From Eledone cirrhosa (taxonomy: Eukaryota), in contig CAXHJY010000125.1 in assembly GCA_964016885.1 (NCBI GenBank), positions 1,556-65,555 on the forward strand: a stretch of DNA of 64,000 nt, in the 5' to 3' direction. Below are positions 1-19,012 of the stretch, in pieces. A program made the position numbers and the translations under genes. The notes beneath the pieces were generated by a model. The model was not told the DNA's origin, made no database searches, and saw only the letters and a program-made list of their open reading frames with translations. Every line of letters starts with the position of its first letter. Position 1 is the stretch's first letter.

Positions 1-23
1 AACTATATTTATAAAACCATATT

Positions 24-89
24 TATTTCATTATATATATTTCAGGGATATCATATTAACAATATGTTATGCCTTCCTCAGACAAAATA
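24..89 (-). ncRNA. Type I hammerhead ribozyme in the PLE-A pLTR
   Basis: tattttgt-CTGAGGA-AGG..CCT-GAAA-TATATA-TA-atgaaata; palindromic stem III. Confidence 0.75.
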
Positions 90-1004
90 CAATATAGACA
101 GTTTTATAGATAAATAGATTTGACATACCGTTCAACATTGACTTGTATTTGAAAAAGTTGATTTGGCAGTGAAAAATTGTAAACAGAAAGAAAGAAAGAG
201 AGAAAGAAGGAAAGAAAGAAAGAAAACGAAGAAAAAGAAGAAAAAGAAGAAATGCATGCAACAAAATAGAGAGATGGAAAGATAGATAAAGAGAAGAACT
301 TCATGTAAAGAAACAGAGAGAGATATATATAGAGAGAGGAAATAGATAGAGATAGATATATATAGAGAAAAGTAGGTAGTTGGACATCCGTTGAATGAAC
401 GTATCAATGATACATTTATTTATTTATTTATTTATTTAGCTCTAGTATTAATGTAAGGGAGATATATGTGGTTAGGAAAGAAACCAGCCGTTATATAGAG
501 AGAAAAATGAAAAGTAACCAGACATAGGCGAGGCATAGTTTAAAAACCCTATGTTTAATGTAGAAATATTAGTACGTATAAAAACAGGCACTATAATGTA
601 AATATCAGTATTCCTGAATGAGACACGTATCCATAATGTGTGAAAAGTAATGATCTTATGTCTAGTTTTAAAAATTCATATGTTTATATGATAACTACAA
701 ACATCGATGTGAATTTACGTGATCAACTCTGCAAACCCCTATTTCACACGGAGAACATTCTCATTGTCATTGTGCTATAAACATTTAAGTATACATATAT
801 GTGTATATATATACACATATATATAGAGTCCTATATTAATTTTAACAATACTATTCTTGTCTTTACTCTACATGATTATCTATCAAGTAGAAATAGAGAA
901 CAGATTTCAATATATTAATAAAAAATATCAGAAACAAAAACAAAAAATAATAATAATAATAATAATAAATAATAATAATAAACAAATAAATAAAATAGAA
1001 AACT

Positions 1005-1019
1005 AAAAAATAAAAAATA

Positions 1020-1056
<37 letters not shown>

Positions 1057-1150
1057 AAATAAAAAATAAAAAATAAAAAATAAAAAATAAAAAATAAAAA
1101 ATAAAAAATAAAAAATAAAAAATAAAAAATAAAAATTAAAAAAAATAAAA
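1005..1150 (+). repeat. (TAAAAAA)n tandem repeat in the PLE-A 3' UTR (mirror copy ~4862-4992)
   Basis: Directly visible heptamer array. Confidence 0.9.
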
Positions 1151-1604
1151 AATATTACATATTAAAAATAAAAATATTAAAAATATTAAAAAATATTAAA
1201 AAATATTACAATAAATAAAAATAAAAACATAATAGAAACATAATATGCCACGCATATCGACCACAAAGATCAACCCTTCAAAATTAATTGACAATATATT
1301 GCCAAGTTCATTATAAGCATCAGAGTCGAAAACAGATGAAGCTAAAAATTATTTACCAAATCGCGTCTAGCAAAAATCATTTCAAAAAGTTTAGGATGCC
1401 CATTTGGTCTACATATGTTCTTATATTTAATATAGAAGTTTATCTAGTGTAACGTTTATTCGAAATATTTGGAGCAATCAACTTTTAGGGTAGTTTAATT
1501 TTTCATGAAGAATGTTTAAATAAAAATAAAAAGAAGAATAAAAAGAAGAAATCGAAAGATTTATCGGCTAGTTTCCCAAATAATTATAAATCAAACTAAA
1601 TATA

Positions 1605-3819
1605 CTACATTTTAAATTTAAATTTATATTTAAAAGTTGAGTTTAATCTATGTTTGCAGCAACTGAATAAATTTGTCCGTCGATTAAGGGAATTTTTAGA
1701 TTTTAGTATAAAGAATATCTCCTCTGCGCAGAGGTCACATGTCTCAGAGGATGAATTAAAAGGAATCCCTCTTGAGACTATATTCCAAGCCGTCGAATAT
1801 CTAACGTTATCTTGCCTAAGTTGCCAGAGTACGCCTGATAGTGCTGTTGAAGATTTTTTGCTTGGATCTGTGAAAGAATTCTTGTGGTTATTATAGCGAA
1901 GTTTAAATTCCGTCGATGTGGAACCGACGTAGTTAAAAGAATTAAAGTCAGTTTTAACATTACAATTGTATATTATATTTTTAACTAAGCAGTTGTTATT
2001 TAACGGACATTTAGATCTATCTCTACAGTTACATTTAACTTGTATATTATTTATGCTATTATCGCTAGGTTTTAAGTTCCTATTATTTATTCTATTAATA
2101 TTTTGTGCTAAATTTTTGGTGGATGAGTAGGTTAATTTTATAGTATGTCTATTGAAAATTGAGTGATACCTATGTGTTCTAGGGAAGCGATTATCAAGAG
2201 CTTTAAAAAAATAGTTTAGCGATGTGGGTTTTAATGTTTAGTGAGAAAGGGGGGGGCAAACCATATTATGTTCCTAGTTCTATTTCTTTTTTGGCTTTTG
2301 GAATTATTGTAATGCTTTCTATTATAGTTGTTAAGGTTGTTGCCGTAATTAAAATAGTTGTTATTTTGTTTAGTTTGTCTATCATTATCTATGTACATAA
2401 TCTTATCACTATATCCTGCTCTAGCTAACGCTTCATTGTAGTACTGGGCTTTTTCGTCGAAAATCTTTCTATTAGACGAGATTCTAGAGATACGTTTTTT
2501 GAACAGAGTTTACTATAGTGTTTTTGACAGATCTGGGGTGGTTAGAGTTAAAGCTGACATAGTTTAAGTTTTCATTCAACTTGTGAAAAGGATAGTGAAG
2601 ACATGTGTTGAGATTTAATGTTATATCTAGGAAATTGACTATTCTATGGTTGTTCTCAATTTCTATTTTAAGATTAAAGTAATTAAAAAAATTGTGTAAT
2701 TTGTTTTCTTTTTCTATTTAGTTCAGAGTTATTATTATCAATAAGTAAAAGCATGTCATCTCTATATAAACCTCCGGTAGTACCAGGTATTTTCCTATGT
2801 AGCGAATTGATTAAAAATAAGCCCACAAGGTCAGTTACCTGAGCTGAGTCGGATGATCCCATAGTAATGTCAAAATTGCTATCTCTATCTGCTCTGGTCC
2901 ATAGTTGGTCATTAAATTCTATCAATGTTTTCCTAGCCGATAATATAATGTGCATTTCATTGCTAGTTAGGTCTGTATGTTTGAATGCGTAATTTAGTGC
3001 CTTATTTAGTAGATTAGGGGTAATAGAAGAATAATAGTTAGCAATATCAAGTTGAATAAACTTATTATTATTGTTATATTTAATTTGCTTAAACCACTCA
3101 ACAACCTCTCCAGTTCCCTTCCACAAGCTCAGGTTAGGTAAACAATCCAAGTTCTTAATTTGCTGTATCACCCTGTCAAGAATGTTTTTGCTTAATTTGC
3201 CCAGGTCCGATTTTGATGGTGCGATCAATCTAACTGGCAAGTCATTTTCAAAATTCCTTTTGTGATCTTTCATATTGATCTTCGGTTTCCTGGGCACGAA
3301 AGGTTGTGTTCTGTTCTCAATTTCCAACTCGTGCATTATACAAGATGCTTCGACATTCATTTTCTCAAGCTCGGCCTTATCTGCTACCTTGTACTTTTTC
3401 CTCAGTTCCTTCAGTATGAGGCCATTATACATGTCTTTCTGCACTCCATAGAGGTTGTTGGTCTTGTCAGATTTCACCAAGATCTTCTCAGTTTTCTCTA
3501 AGCTCTCAATATTATCCTTAATGCCTTTCAGATATTCCTGGCCTTTGAAGTTTCTCTTGAATTTGACCCCTTGTATGATAGAAATTATATCGTTTTCAAA
3601 GTCAGATAAAAGTTTGTTAGGGGGTGGATTTCTTTTAGATTTGAAAACTTTGTTTAAGTCCGAGACATTTTCATTTATATTAGATTTATCAAAGTGGAAT
3701 GCTCGCCACCTGATTCTCCTTATAAAAGAGTCAGATTTATCTATTAATTGTTTTATAAAGTCTTTGTTTCTAGGTAGAGGTATGTCTTTTAAAGAGGAAG
3801 TAATCTTAAAGAATTCCAT
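1605..3819 (-). pseudogene. PLE RT + GIY-YIG endonuclease, frameshifted near 2683
   Basis: ORF 2683-3819 covers the RT to YRDD. Translation resumes in another frame (NFLDITL, SNHP, CNCRDRSKCPLNNNC, NYVGSTS, CDLC) to a stop near 1605. Confidence 0.85.
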
Positions 3820-3997
3820 TTTTTCAGTTATAATATAAAGCGCTCAACAGTATTGGAGCAAGATACATGGAAAGTTATGTTTAAATTGTTGGGTTACAAC
3901 TAGTAAATATTTATAACTGATATAAAAGCACTCAACAAGTATTTGGAGTATATTTACGATATTAAATAAATGGAAACTATATTTATAAAACCATATT

Positions 3998-4066
3998 TAT
4001 TTCATTATATATATTTCAGGGGGATTAAAATATTAACAATATGTTATGCCTTCCTCAGACAAAATA
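3998..4066 (-). ncRNA. Hammerhead copy in the 5' pLTR of PLE-A (stem II mutated)
   Basis: Same motif as 24-89 with changes at 4021-4030. Confidence 0.65.
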
Positions 4067-4339
4067 CAATATAGACAGTTTTATAGATAAATAGATTTGA
4101 CATACCGTTCAACATTGACTTGTATTTGAAAAAGTTGATTTGGCAGTGAAAAATTGTAAACAGAAAGAAAGAAAGAGAGAAAGAAGGAAAGAAAGAAAGA
4201 AAACGAAGAAAAAGAAGAAAAAGAAGAAATGCATGCAACAAAATAGAGAGATGAAAAGATAGATAAAGAGAAGAACTTCATGTAAAGAAACAGAGAGAGA
4301 TATATATATAGAGAGGAAATAGATAGAGATAGATATATA

Positions 4340-4941
4340 CAAATTTATTCAGTTGCTGCAAACATAGATTAAACTCAACTTTTAAATATAAATTTAAATT
4401 TAAAATGTAGTATATTTAGTTTGATTTATAATTATTTGGGAAACTAGCCGATAAATCTTTCGATTTCTTCTTTTTATTCTTCTTTTTATTTTTATTTAAA
4501 CATTCTTCATGAAAAATTAAACTACCCTAAAAGTTGATGCTCCAAATATTTCGAATAAACGTTACACTAGATAAACTTCTATATTAAATATAAGAACATA
4601 TGTAGACCAAATGGGCATCCTAAACTTTTTGAAATGATTTTTGCTAGACGCGATTTGGTAAATAATTTTTAGCTTCATCTGTTTTCGACTCTGATGCTTA
4701 TAATGAACTTGGCAATATATTGTCAATTAATTTTGAAGGGTTGATCTTTGTGGTCGATATGCGTGGCATATTATGTTTCTATTATGTTTTTATTTTTATT
4801 ATTGTAATATTTTTTAATATTTTTTAATATTTTTAATATTTTTATTTTTAATATGTAATATTTTTTATTTTTTTAATTTTTATTTTTTATTTTTTATTTT
4901 TTATTTTTTATTTTTTATTTTTTATTTTTTATTTTTTATTT

Positions 4942-4978
<37 letters not shown>

Positions 4979-6016
4979 ATTTTTTATTTTTTAGTTTTCT
5001 ATTTTATTTATTTGTTTATTATTATTATTTATTATTATTATTATTATTATTTTTTGTTTTTGTTTCTGATATTTTTTATTAATATATTGAAATCTGTTCT
5101 CTATTTCTACTTGATAGATAATCATGTAGAGTAAAGACAAGAATAGTATTGTTAAAATTAATATAGACTCTATATATATGTGTATATATATACACATATA
5201 TGTATACTTAAATGTTTATAGCACAATGACAATGAGAATGTTCTCCGTGTGAAATAGGGGTTTGCAGAGTTGATCACGTAAATTCACATCGATGTTTGTA
5301 GTTATCATATAAACATATGAATTTTTAAAACTAGACATAAGATCATTACTTTTCACACATTATGGATACGTGTCTCATTCAGGAATACTGATATTTACAT
5401 TATAGTGCCTGTTTTTATACGTACTAATATTTCTACATTAAACATAGGGTTTTTAAACTATGCCTCGCCTATGTCTGGTTACTTTTCATTTTTCTCTCTA
5501 TATAACGGCTGGTTTCTTTCCTAACCACATATATCTCCCTTACATTAATACTAGAGCTAAATAAATAAATAAATAAATAAATAAATGCATCATTGATACG
5601 TTCATTCAACGGATGTCCAACTACCTACTTTTCTCTATATATATCTATCTCTATCTATTTCCTCTCTCTATATATATCTCTCTCTGTTTCTTTACATGAA
5701 GTTCTTCTCTTTATCTATCTTTCCATCTCTCTATTTTGTTGCATACATTTCTTCTTTTTCTTCTTTTTCTTCGTTTTCTTTCTTTCTTTCCTTCTTTCTC
5801 TCTTTCTTTCTTTCTGTTTACAATTTTTCACTGCCAAATCAACTTTTTCAAATACAAGTCAATGTTGAACGGTATGTCAAATCTATTTATCTATAAAACT
5901 GTCTATATTGTATTTTGTCTGAGGAAGGCATAACATATTGTTAATATGATATCCCTGAAATATATATAATGAAATAAATATGGTTTTATAAATATAGTTT
6001 CCATTTATTTAATATC

Positions 6017-6018
<2 letters not shown>
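4340..6018 (+). mobile_element. Inverted, 5'-truncated copy of the PLE-A 3' end, ending in (TA)n
   Basis: 4340-6000 is the reverse complement of 1-1676 with few SNPs; it terminates at ...aatatcgta|(TA)n. Confidence 0.92.
5911..5976 (+). ncRNA. Type I hammerhead (PLE-A inverted copy)
   Basis: CTGAGGA 5919-5925, GAAA 5957-5960, TATATA stem III, stem I tattttgt/atgaaata. Confidence 0.75.
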
Positions 6019-7020
<1,002 letters not shown>

Positions 7021-7022
<2 letters not shown>

Positions 7023-7557
7023 CCTACCCAAACAATCATCTACACCTCTCACAACACCCACACCCACATACCCACCCACTCGAAACCCCATCATTTGCCG
7101 CTACTCTCTACGCTATAGAATATGTACGGATAGTGGCTGCAAATTCACCCATTTACCTAGGACAAAACGATCTATCCCCACAAACAGCCACCACCATAAT
7201 ACATACTGTAATTTAACACCAACACAACTACCAATAACTCAAACAAGGAATCCACAAATCTGCCGTTTTTCCCTGCGAGACAGATTGTGTTTAGACCGGG
7301 ATTGTCCCTTTACCCATCTCCCGGGGACCCGTCGGATAAATGAAAATAAAATTAAAAATAAAAGCAAAAACAAAAACCATAACCTACATAAAAATAACCA
7401 CTACCACAGTCACCAACAGTCTTCTAAACAGGAAACTTCTTCCTCTTTTTTAGCCATAATGAATCTGGCAAAAGAACTGGAAAAAAACATTCGAGCTATC
7501 ACCCAGCACCACCCTCCACTATCACCCCACTGCACAAACTCCCATTGCTGCCATTAA
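7021..7557 (+). CDS. LINE ORF1 C-terminal fragment with two CCCH zinc fingers
   Basis: Open frame: [21 protein letters not shown] and [21 protein letters not shown] (C-x8-C-x4-C-x3-H twice). Confidence 0.75.
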
Positions 7558-10500
7558 CAAACAAACAAATTAACAACACACCAAAACAATTAAAACCATC
7601 CACTCTCGCCTCTACATTTTTGCTTAACGCCCAAGGCATCAGCCCTTCCACCAATACTCAAAAATGGAAGATCAAATTCCTGGAGGACTGGATTGATGTC
7701 CATCCAAACCACATCCCTTTCTTCGTCCTCACTGAAACCCATCTCAGTAACCTCCACTTGGAAGCCGAGGTGAAAGTGAAAAATTTCAAAGCCATCCGTG
7801 CTGATCGCGCTGGCAGAAGAAAGGGCGGAACTGCCATTTATGTCCATAATTCTTTCTCAACAGAGGCTATGAACATATTCACTAATGGATACTTTGAGGC
7901 AGTCACTGTATTCAGTCAAACCAACAACCTATTAGTAGTTGGGCTCTATAGGCCACCCCAAACGCCTGTACCATGCTTCAAGGAATGCCTCAACAGCATA
8001 AAGTGTTTCATCCAAGAGTGTCACCCTGACAACATCTTAATGATGGGGGACTTCAACCTCCCCGGAGTTGACTGGTCCACAAACACCCTGCCACCAGGTT
8101 CTTCTGCCTCAACCTCTGACAGGGAAGCTGTGGAATCACTTCTTGACTTCATGGATGATTTCTTCCTATCCCAACTAGTGCTCGAACCAACGAGGTGCCA
8201 CAAAAACGTCCTAGACTTAATTTTCAGCAATCACACTGACAATATCCACAATATTGCAGTGGAGAAAACTCTACTCTCTGATCATGACATGGTTCTCTGT
8301 GATCTGAGATTCCACCGTCCAATATACAAACCCAATGTCATCTCTCCTGTCCATCCGTTTGACGCTATGGATTTCCACAATGCAAACTGGGAAGCGATCA
8401 GTCATGATCTTGCACATGTCGACTGGTCCTTCACGCACACTCATACACCCACTAACATCAAAAAGTCCTGGCAGACATTTGTGGACACTGTTACAAACAT
8501 ATGTGCTAAACACACCCCATTAAGAACTATAAACAAATCTAAGAGCAGAATCCCTAGAAATAGAAAAACGCTCATCAGAAAAATTAAGAGAACGAACAAA
8601 AAAATCAACAAGCTGAAATACTGTCAGCAGCAACACATCAACTTGACTGCCATTTCATCACTAGAGATTAAAAAACATAACCTCCAAAACAACATAATGT
8701 CCCTCATCAACAATCAGAGAAGAGCTGAAGAGGCCTGGGCCATTGAGAAGATCAAACTCAATCCCAAAGTGTTCTTTTCATTTGCAAAAAAACACAAAAT
8801 CACTGGCTCTACTGTTGGCCCTCTAATTGATGAAAATGGCACTCTTCAAGACAATGCTAAAACCATGGGTGAGATACTACAGAAACAATACTGCTCTGTT
8901 TTCAGCAATCCTGATATGGCCGATCTGGGCTGTATCGGCGATGTTACTCCCCATTACACCTTATCGGACATAACGTTTGGCGCCCCTGATGTCTTGGCGG
9001 CAATAAAGGAAATCAAGCATAATTCAGCAGTAGGTCCCGATAGGTTCCCTGCTTGTGTCCTGAAGGCGTGTCAACACCAACTTGCTTCTCCTCTTGCCAA
9101 TCTGTGGCGGAATTCACTGGATGCTGGATATGTGCCAGAAAACCTTCTATCCCAGTCTGTTGTCCCAGTTTTCAAAAAGGGAAACAAATCCCTTGCCGTG
9201 AATTACCGTCCAATCTCACTCACCTCTCATATCATTAAGGTATTTGAGCGAGTGGTGAGATCGCGAATGACCCACTTCCTTGAGAGTAACAATATGCTGA
9301 ACTCCAACCAGCATGGATTCCGTAATGGAAGGGATTGCCTGACGCAACTACTGCATCACTTTGATGACATTTTGAGAGCCTTGGGAGAGGGTTCCAACAC
9401 TGATGTTATCTACCTTGATTTCAGCAAGGCCTTTGACAGGGTTGATCATAACATTCTACTGAGAAAGCTGTCCAATATTGGTGTCACTGGAAAGCTGCTG
9501 CAGTGGATCAAGAGCTTCCTGTCAAACAGAACCCAACATGTTGTAGTTGAGGGAGTCAAATCAAGCCCAGCCAAAGTCAGTAGTGGAGTCCCACAAGGCA
9601 CTGTGTTGGGCCCACTTCTCTTCATCATCTATATTAATGACATCACTGACATCATCAAACACAGCAACATTAAAATTTTCGCTGATGATTCCAAGCTCCA
9701 AAAGGTCATCAATGGCGTGGATGACCGGATAAGCCTTCAGTCAGACCTACTGGCTGTTACCCAATGGGCAGAAAAGAACAACATGTTACTGAACGAGGAC
9801 AAATTCGAACTGATCCACTTTGGAAAAGAGGATGCTCTGAAACTCCCGTACTCCCTTCCCTCCGGGGAAACTCTCGTGGCATCTAACAACATCAGAGACT
9901 TGGGAGTAACCGTGGACAGCAACATAAGCTGGACCACGCATATAAGCAGCAAAGTTGACATGGCCCGCAGAATGTGTTCCTGGATCCTCAGAACCTTCCA
10001 GTCGAGAGATTCCCGCACCATTATCCTTCTCTTCTCTACTTTCGCCAGACCACACCTTGAATACTGTTGTCCACTGTGGTCTCCCCACACGAAACAAAGT
10101 ATCATGAAACTTGAAGCTCCTCAAAGGGCAATCACGAAAAAGATAGATGGCATGTCAGACCTTGACTACTGGGGTCGATTGGAAAACCTGAAACTTTACT
10201 CACTCCAACGTCGCCGTGAGCGTTATATTATCTGCATGATGTGGAAAATGTTCCATCATCACTGCCCAAATGATGTTGGCATCGCCTTCAAGATACACCC
10301 AAGGCTTGGGCCCCGTGCTATCCGTCCCATTCAAAAATCTAAATCGCAACTCATAACAACAATACGGCACAATTATTTCACCTCAATCGGCCCTGCTCTC
10401 TTCAACATCACACCAGGACACGTCAAAACAGAAACTGACCACTCAAAATTCAAGAAGTCTTTGGACAAATTCCTCCAAGTAATCCCGGACAAACCACCCA

Positions 10501-10565
10501 CACCCGGATATGTCTCCGCAAACAGTAATTCCCTTCTCGAATGGGCCATGGTGCCCAAATCCTGA
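7545..10565 (+). CDS. LINE ORF2: AP endonuclease + reverse transcriptase (intact; frame open from 7428)
   Basis: LNAQG, LTETHL, YRPP, GDFN, LDL, SDH; [29 protein letters not shown]. Confidence 0.95.
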   Translation: MLPLTNKQINNTPKQLKPSTLASTFLLNAQGISPSTNTQKWKIKFLEDWIDVHPNHIPFFVLTETHLSNLHLEAEVKVKNFKAIRADRAGRRKGGTAIYVHNSFSTEAMNIFTNGYFEAVTVFSQTNNLLVVGLYRPPQTPVPCFKECLNSIKCFIQECHPDNILMMGDFNLPGVDWSTNTLPPGSSASTSDREAVESLLDFMDDFFLSQLVLEPTRCHKNVLDLIFSNHTDNIHNIAVEKTLLSDHDMVLCDLRFHRPIYKPNVISPVHPFDAMDFHNANWEAISHDLAHVDWSFTHTHTPTNIKKSWQTFVDTVTNICAKHTPLRTINKSKSRIPRNRKTLIRKIKRTNKKINKLKYCQQQHINLTAISSLEIKKHNLQNNIMSLINNQRRAEEAWAIEKIKLNPKVFFSFAKKHKITGSTVGPLIDENGTLQDNAKTMGEILQKQYCSVFSNPDMADLGCIGDVTPHYTLSDITFGAPDVLAAIKEIKHNSAVGPDRFPACVLKACQHQLASPLANLWRNSLDAGYVPENLLSQSVVPVFKKGNKSLAVNYRPISLTSHIIKVFERVVRSRMTHFLESNNMLNSNQHGFRNGRDCLTQLLHHFDDILRALGEGSNTDVIYLDFSKAFDRVDHNILLRKLSNIGVTGKLLQWIKSFLSNRTQHVVVEGVKSSPAKVSSGVPQGTVLGPLLFIIYINDITDIIKHSNIKIFADDSKLQKVINGVDDRISLQSDLLAVTQWAEKNNMLLNEDKFELIHFGKEDALKLPYSLPSGETLVASNNIRDLGVTVDSNISWTTHISSKVDMARRMCSWILRTFQSRDSRTIILLFSTFARPHLEYCCPLWSPHTKQSIMKLEAPQRAITKKIDGMSDLDYWGRLENLKLYSLQRRRERYIICMMWKMFHHHCPNDVGIAFKIHPRLGPRAIRPIQKSKSQLITTIRHNYFTSIGPALFNITPGHVKTETDHSKFKKSLDKFLQVIPDKPPTPGYVSANSNSLLEWAMVPKS

Positions 10566-10649
10566 ATTGAAAGACTTCGCCAGGTGGTGCTATTAAGTTA
10601 GACATGGACTGGGCCAATACTGGCCAAATCATTTCAAAGTTATTCAAAG

Positions 10650-14830
<4,181 letters not shown>

Positions 14831-14990
14831 ATACTTTGGGAGGGTCATGTTACCAATAAGAAACACAGGCACCAGTTGCTTTCACTTCAATTTATTATAT
14901 ATCTATAAATTTATAAATCTACAAATCTACAAACTTATAAATTTCTGGTTGGTTGGTTGGTTCCACAACCAGATAGTTGTTTATATATAT

Positions 14991-15035
14991 AGTCATAGTC
15001 CTTTCGTCACACACTCTGTGACCTCTTCAGTGACT
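14991..15035 (-). ncRNA. Minimal type I hammerhead with one extra nt after A9
   Basis: AGTCA-CTGAAGA-G-GTCACA(GAGTG)TGTGAC-GAAA-GGAC-TA-TGACT. Confidence 0.75.
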
Positions 15036-15345
15036 GGGATTCCTTTCTTCGTTTCTGTGCCTTTCCTTTCTTCTATCCTACGCCATTTTGTTTCTGTGTA
15101 TGTGTTGTGTGCTCAGTTTGCGCATGCGCCACATCCGGGTGTCTGTGTGTGTTTGTGTTCATTTTTCTATTTTTCTATTTCTATTTTTCTACTTATATTT
15201 TTCTATTTGTTTATTTATTTATTTATTGTTGGTTGGTTGTTTGTTCTATGTGTGTGTGTGTTTTCATTTTGTCCTGTGTGTGTTTTCATTTTGTCCTTAA
15301 TTGTAAGTTGTTTGTTCTATGTGTGTGTGTGTTTTCATTTTGTCC

Positions 15346-16644
15346 TTAATTGTAAGTTGTGATGTTGCTGTTCCACTCATATTTTCTATTTAATTTTGGT
15401 TTTAATTCTTTTATGCTTACTGCCTCTGTAATTTGCCTAAGCATTGCGTCTTTTCTGTGTGTGGATTCTATTTTTATTTCTATGCTCTCTAATCTACCCC
15501 TGTGTTCTATCTTAGCATGTTGGTAGAGCACAGATGATTCTTTATTATCTTGGAGGTCTCGCCAGTGTTCATTTATACGTTCCCCTATACTACGAGCTGT
15601 CTCACCTATGTACACTATATTTTTGTTTCTACATTGTCCTTCAGTACATCTTATGCTATACACTACATTTCTAGTTTTACAGTTAATATGGGGGCTTATT
15701 TTACAGGTTATACATTTCTTATCTATACATGAGGGTCTTTGGAACGGGTATGTCTTGCTAATAAGTGTTTTTACGGAGGTACCAGGTCTTTCTACTATCT
15801 TAATATTGAGATTATGTTTCTTTAGGGCCCTTCTAAATTTGTAGGCTAGTTCGCCTCTAGGGGTTGTATTGATGAACATTACACTCTGGTATTTATTGCT
15901 ATCATACCATGAGTTTATTCTATTGGCCTTGTTCCTAGTTCTTTCTATTCTATTCCAAAATTTGCTCCTATACAAGGGGCAGGTCCCATTTATGTCATTA
16001 TTTACCATTTTTTCCCATTTGATTCTGGCTCCTTTATACACTCTGATTCTATCTCTCTGATTGTAGCCAGAGAACTGCATACGGTGGATGAAGTGTTGTA
16101 TGTGTCTCTCTAGTTCTTCGGGGTTGCACATGCGGGACACATTTCTCATCACCCGTACCAAATCCGCAATCAGTATGTTGATTTTGGTATGGTCCGAAAT
16201 GGCCGAGTTTCGGTGGATCAGATGTTTGGAAGTCATGGGTTTGGCATAATGGGAATGGAGGATTTGGTTTTGGTTGTTAATGGTATCTAACCAGAGCTCT
16301 GTGTCTAGTACAGGTAATCGATGGTTGGGGTGTCTACTTGGGTAGTCTATAGTAACTCTAATGCTCTGGTGGATGGAGTTTGCTATTTGCTGGATGCTTT
16401 CCATTGTGTTTTTCTCTAGTTCCTGACTGTTCTTTAGTGGGGGTGTCTTAACTACGATGTTTATATCATCTACGTAGCGGGAGTACATTATCAGGGTTAA
16501 GCTGTCTTCTAATTGTTCATTAAGTTTTTGTTTAAGTCTACTGTCCCACCATACCATGAATAAGTTAGCTATGTCGCCTGCAATGCTAACACCAATGGCT
16601 GCTCCTTCCTCTTGGGCATATGTTTTACCATTAAATTTGAACAT
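15346..16644 (-). CDS. PLE RT (partial) + GIY-YIG endonuclease; upstream part frameshifted at ~16660
   Basis: 432-aa ORF; clear paralog of 46840-48750. Confidence 0.85.
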   Translation of the reverse strand: MFKFNGKTYAQEEGAAIGVSIAGDIANLFMVWWDSRLKQKLNEQLEDSLTLIMYSRYVDDINIVVKTPPLKNSQELEKNTMESIQQIANSIHQSIRVTIDYPSRHPNHRLPVLDTELWLDTINNQNQILHSHYAKPMTSKHLIHRNSAISDHTKINILIADLVRVMRNVSRMCNPEELERHIQHFIHRMQFSGYNQRDRIRVYKGARIKWEKMVNNDINGTCPLYRSKFWNRIERTRNKANRINSWYDSNKYQSVMFINTTPRGELAYKFRRALKKHNLNIKIVERPGTSVKTLISKTYPFQRPSCIDKKCITCKISPHINCKTRNVVYSIRCTEGQCRNKNIVYIGETARSIGERINEHWRDLQDNKESSVLYQHAKIEHRGRLESIEIKIESTHRKDAMLRQITEAVSIKELKPKLNRKYEWNSNITTYN

Positions 16645-16954
16645 ATGTTCCTTAAGGGTTCATTTTATGCTGGCCCCTACCGCATGTGCAATCATTTTCT
16701 TCAGTTCATCGTGGTTTTCGGGTGTCCGTATGGCTCTGGTCCACCCGTTCCATCTATCTGTGTGGGTTTTCTTGGCCATTGAGGTAATGGTAGGTGGTCT
16801 GCCTCTTGCTGGTCTTCTTCAGAAACGAAATATATATATATATATATATACATACATATGTGCTTTTTCATAAATACACATGAAGGCGAACTAGCCAGTT
16901 TTAGAATTCCCTTTATCGGATTATACTACTGTGAGAGCCCTGGTTTCTGTTGAA

Positions 16955-17033
16955 CTCTGCTGATGAATGAAATCCAACCGTGACCATCTCCACTGAAAGT
17001 TTTCATGAAATAGTCTTTTAAGACTATACAGAG
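16955..17033 (+). ncRNA. Canonical type I hammerhead, predicted cleavage after A17028
   Basis: CTCTG-CTGATGA-ATGAAA..TTTCAT-GAAA-TAGTCTT(TT)AAGACTA-TA-CAGAG. Confidence 0.88.
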
Positions 17034-17581
17034 CATTTGATGTTATTCCAAATTGAAGGATAAGTGTTTCAAACTTTATTTTATCATGAGTTAAAGGTCT
17101 ATAGATTTTTCCCTGGATTTTACTAAATTCTGTGGATGAATTTATATCCTGATTCTCTTTTGAGATGAGTTTGAGTTATTTTTCCTAAATCTTTCGTTAA
17201 CTACTTTTCCCATCTTGACGTTATAGTCGCATATATGTTATAGAATGCCGTTAGCTTCTTGCTAAAACAATCTCTATACCTCTCATTTATATTTATACTC
17301 GGATTCTTTTCCTAGAGTGCTTAAACTATCTGTGACTAATCCCGTTTTTTTTCATAAAACTGTGATAATTATTGCTATTTTGCTGAACTCCTTTGTAGAG
17401 TTTTTTTCAGAATGTATTTGACTGCTATTTCTTGTAAATAAACATTCACTTCCATCCTGACGTCACTAGCCCCGTTTTTTTCCTCATGTGCTTTTTCATA
17501 AATACACATGAAGGCGAACTAGCCAGTTTTAGAATTCCCTTTTTCGGATTATACTACTGTGAGAGCCCTGGTTTCTGTTGA

Positions 17582-17662
17582 GCTCTGCTGATGAATGAAA
17601 TCCAACCGTGACCATCTCCACTGAAAGTTTTCATGAAATAGTCTTTTAAGACTATACAGAGC
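17582..17662 (+). ncRNA. Second hammerhead copy, predicted cleavage after A17656
   Basis: Same motif at +628 bp; stem I GCTCTG/CAGAGC. Confidence 0.88.
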
Positions 17663-17914
17663 ATTTGGTGTTATTCCAAATTGAAGGATAAGTGTTTCAA
17701 ACTTTATTTTATCATGAGTTAAAGGTCGATAGATTTTTCCCTGGATTTTACTAAATTCTGTGGATGAATTTATATCCTGATTCTCTTTTGAGATGAGTTT
17801 GAGTTATTTTTCCTAAATCTTTCGTTAACTACTTTTCCCATCTTGACGTTATAGTCGCATATATGTTATAGAATGCCGTTAGCTTCTTGCTAAAACAATC
17901 TCTATACCTCTCAT

Positions 17915-18303
<389 letters not shown>

Positions 18304-18305
<2 letters not shown>

Positions 18306-18859
18306 ACAAAGTGCAGGGCAATAAAGATAGACGGTAGCCACGGAGTAGGCAGACCCAGAAAAACCTGGGACGACATGATAAATTCCGACCTCACACGCTT
18401 ACACATCTCCAAGACAATGTCACTGGACCGAGACCTTTGGCGGTACTCAGTAATAGAGAAGACCCGCCTTACCTAAATACAAAGTAACAGTAGGCATCTC
18501 TATCAAAACACACACCCCGTCCCACCACCTCCACCCCATCCACACCGCCCCTTTTAATGTAAAGTTATGTTGGTCCCTCAACATCCAGGCCGAAACAAAT
18601 GAGATAGTGTAGGTGTCACGACAAAAAAACACAGTCCACGCTGTAAATGTGGCCGTGTAGGCAACACGGTAGAAACCTCCCAGCCCCACACTGTAAATGT
18701 GGTTGGTGTTAGGAAGGGCATCCAGCTGTAGAAAACCCGCCAGACAGTCCTATGCGAGCAAGACAACCACTCTTGCCTCAAGTGGGAAAACCCCCGTCCA
18801 AACCCATGCAAGCGTGGAACACGGACGCTAAACCTGATGATGATGATGATGATGATGAT
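18304..18859 (+). mobile_element. RTE-clade LINE 3' fragment with (GAT)n tail
   Basis: Encodes [22 protein letters not shown]...DRDLWR; matches 40605-41230 (-). Confidence 0.85.
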
Positions 18860-18904
18860 ACACATATATATATATATTCATATATATATATATATATACA
18901 TACA

Positions 18905-18942
<38 letters not shown>

Positions 18943-18960
18943 CATGTATATATATACATG

Positions 18961-19012
<52 letters not shown>

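Larger units (their letters stand above)
1..4340 (-). mobile_element. Penelope-like element A (Hydra-type); 5' partial pseudo-LTR ~3955-4340 repeats 1-360; 3' end runs off the window
   Basis: Direct repeat of 1-360 at 3975-4340. Minus-strand ORF has SLKDIP, RRIRWRAFHF, DKT, MKDHK, MGSSDSAQV, YRDD, then CNCR-CPL-C and IIY...YVGST (GIY-YIG). Confidence 0.9.

Noticed and set aside
67-407. Hydrophobic F/L/S-rich small ORFs (also 4044-4342, 5593-5933, 43138-43422)
   Set aside because: Pyrimidine-rich low-complexity pLTR sequence; repeated only because the element is repeated.
7590-10558. Antisense ORFs over the LINE, Gypsy and PLE coding regions
   Set aside because: Shadow ORFs without recognisable motifs.
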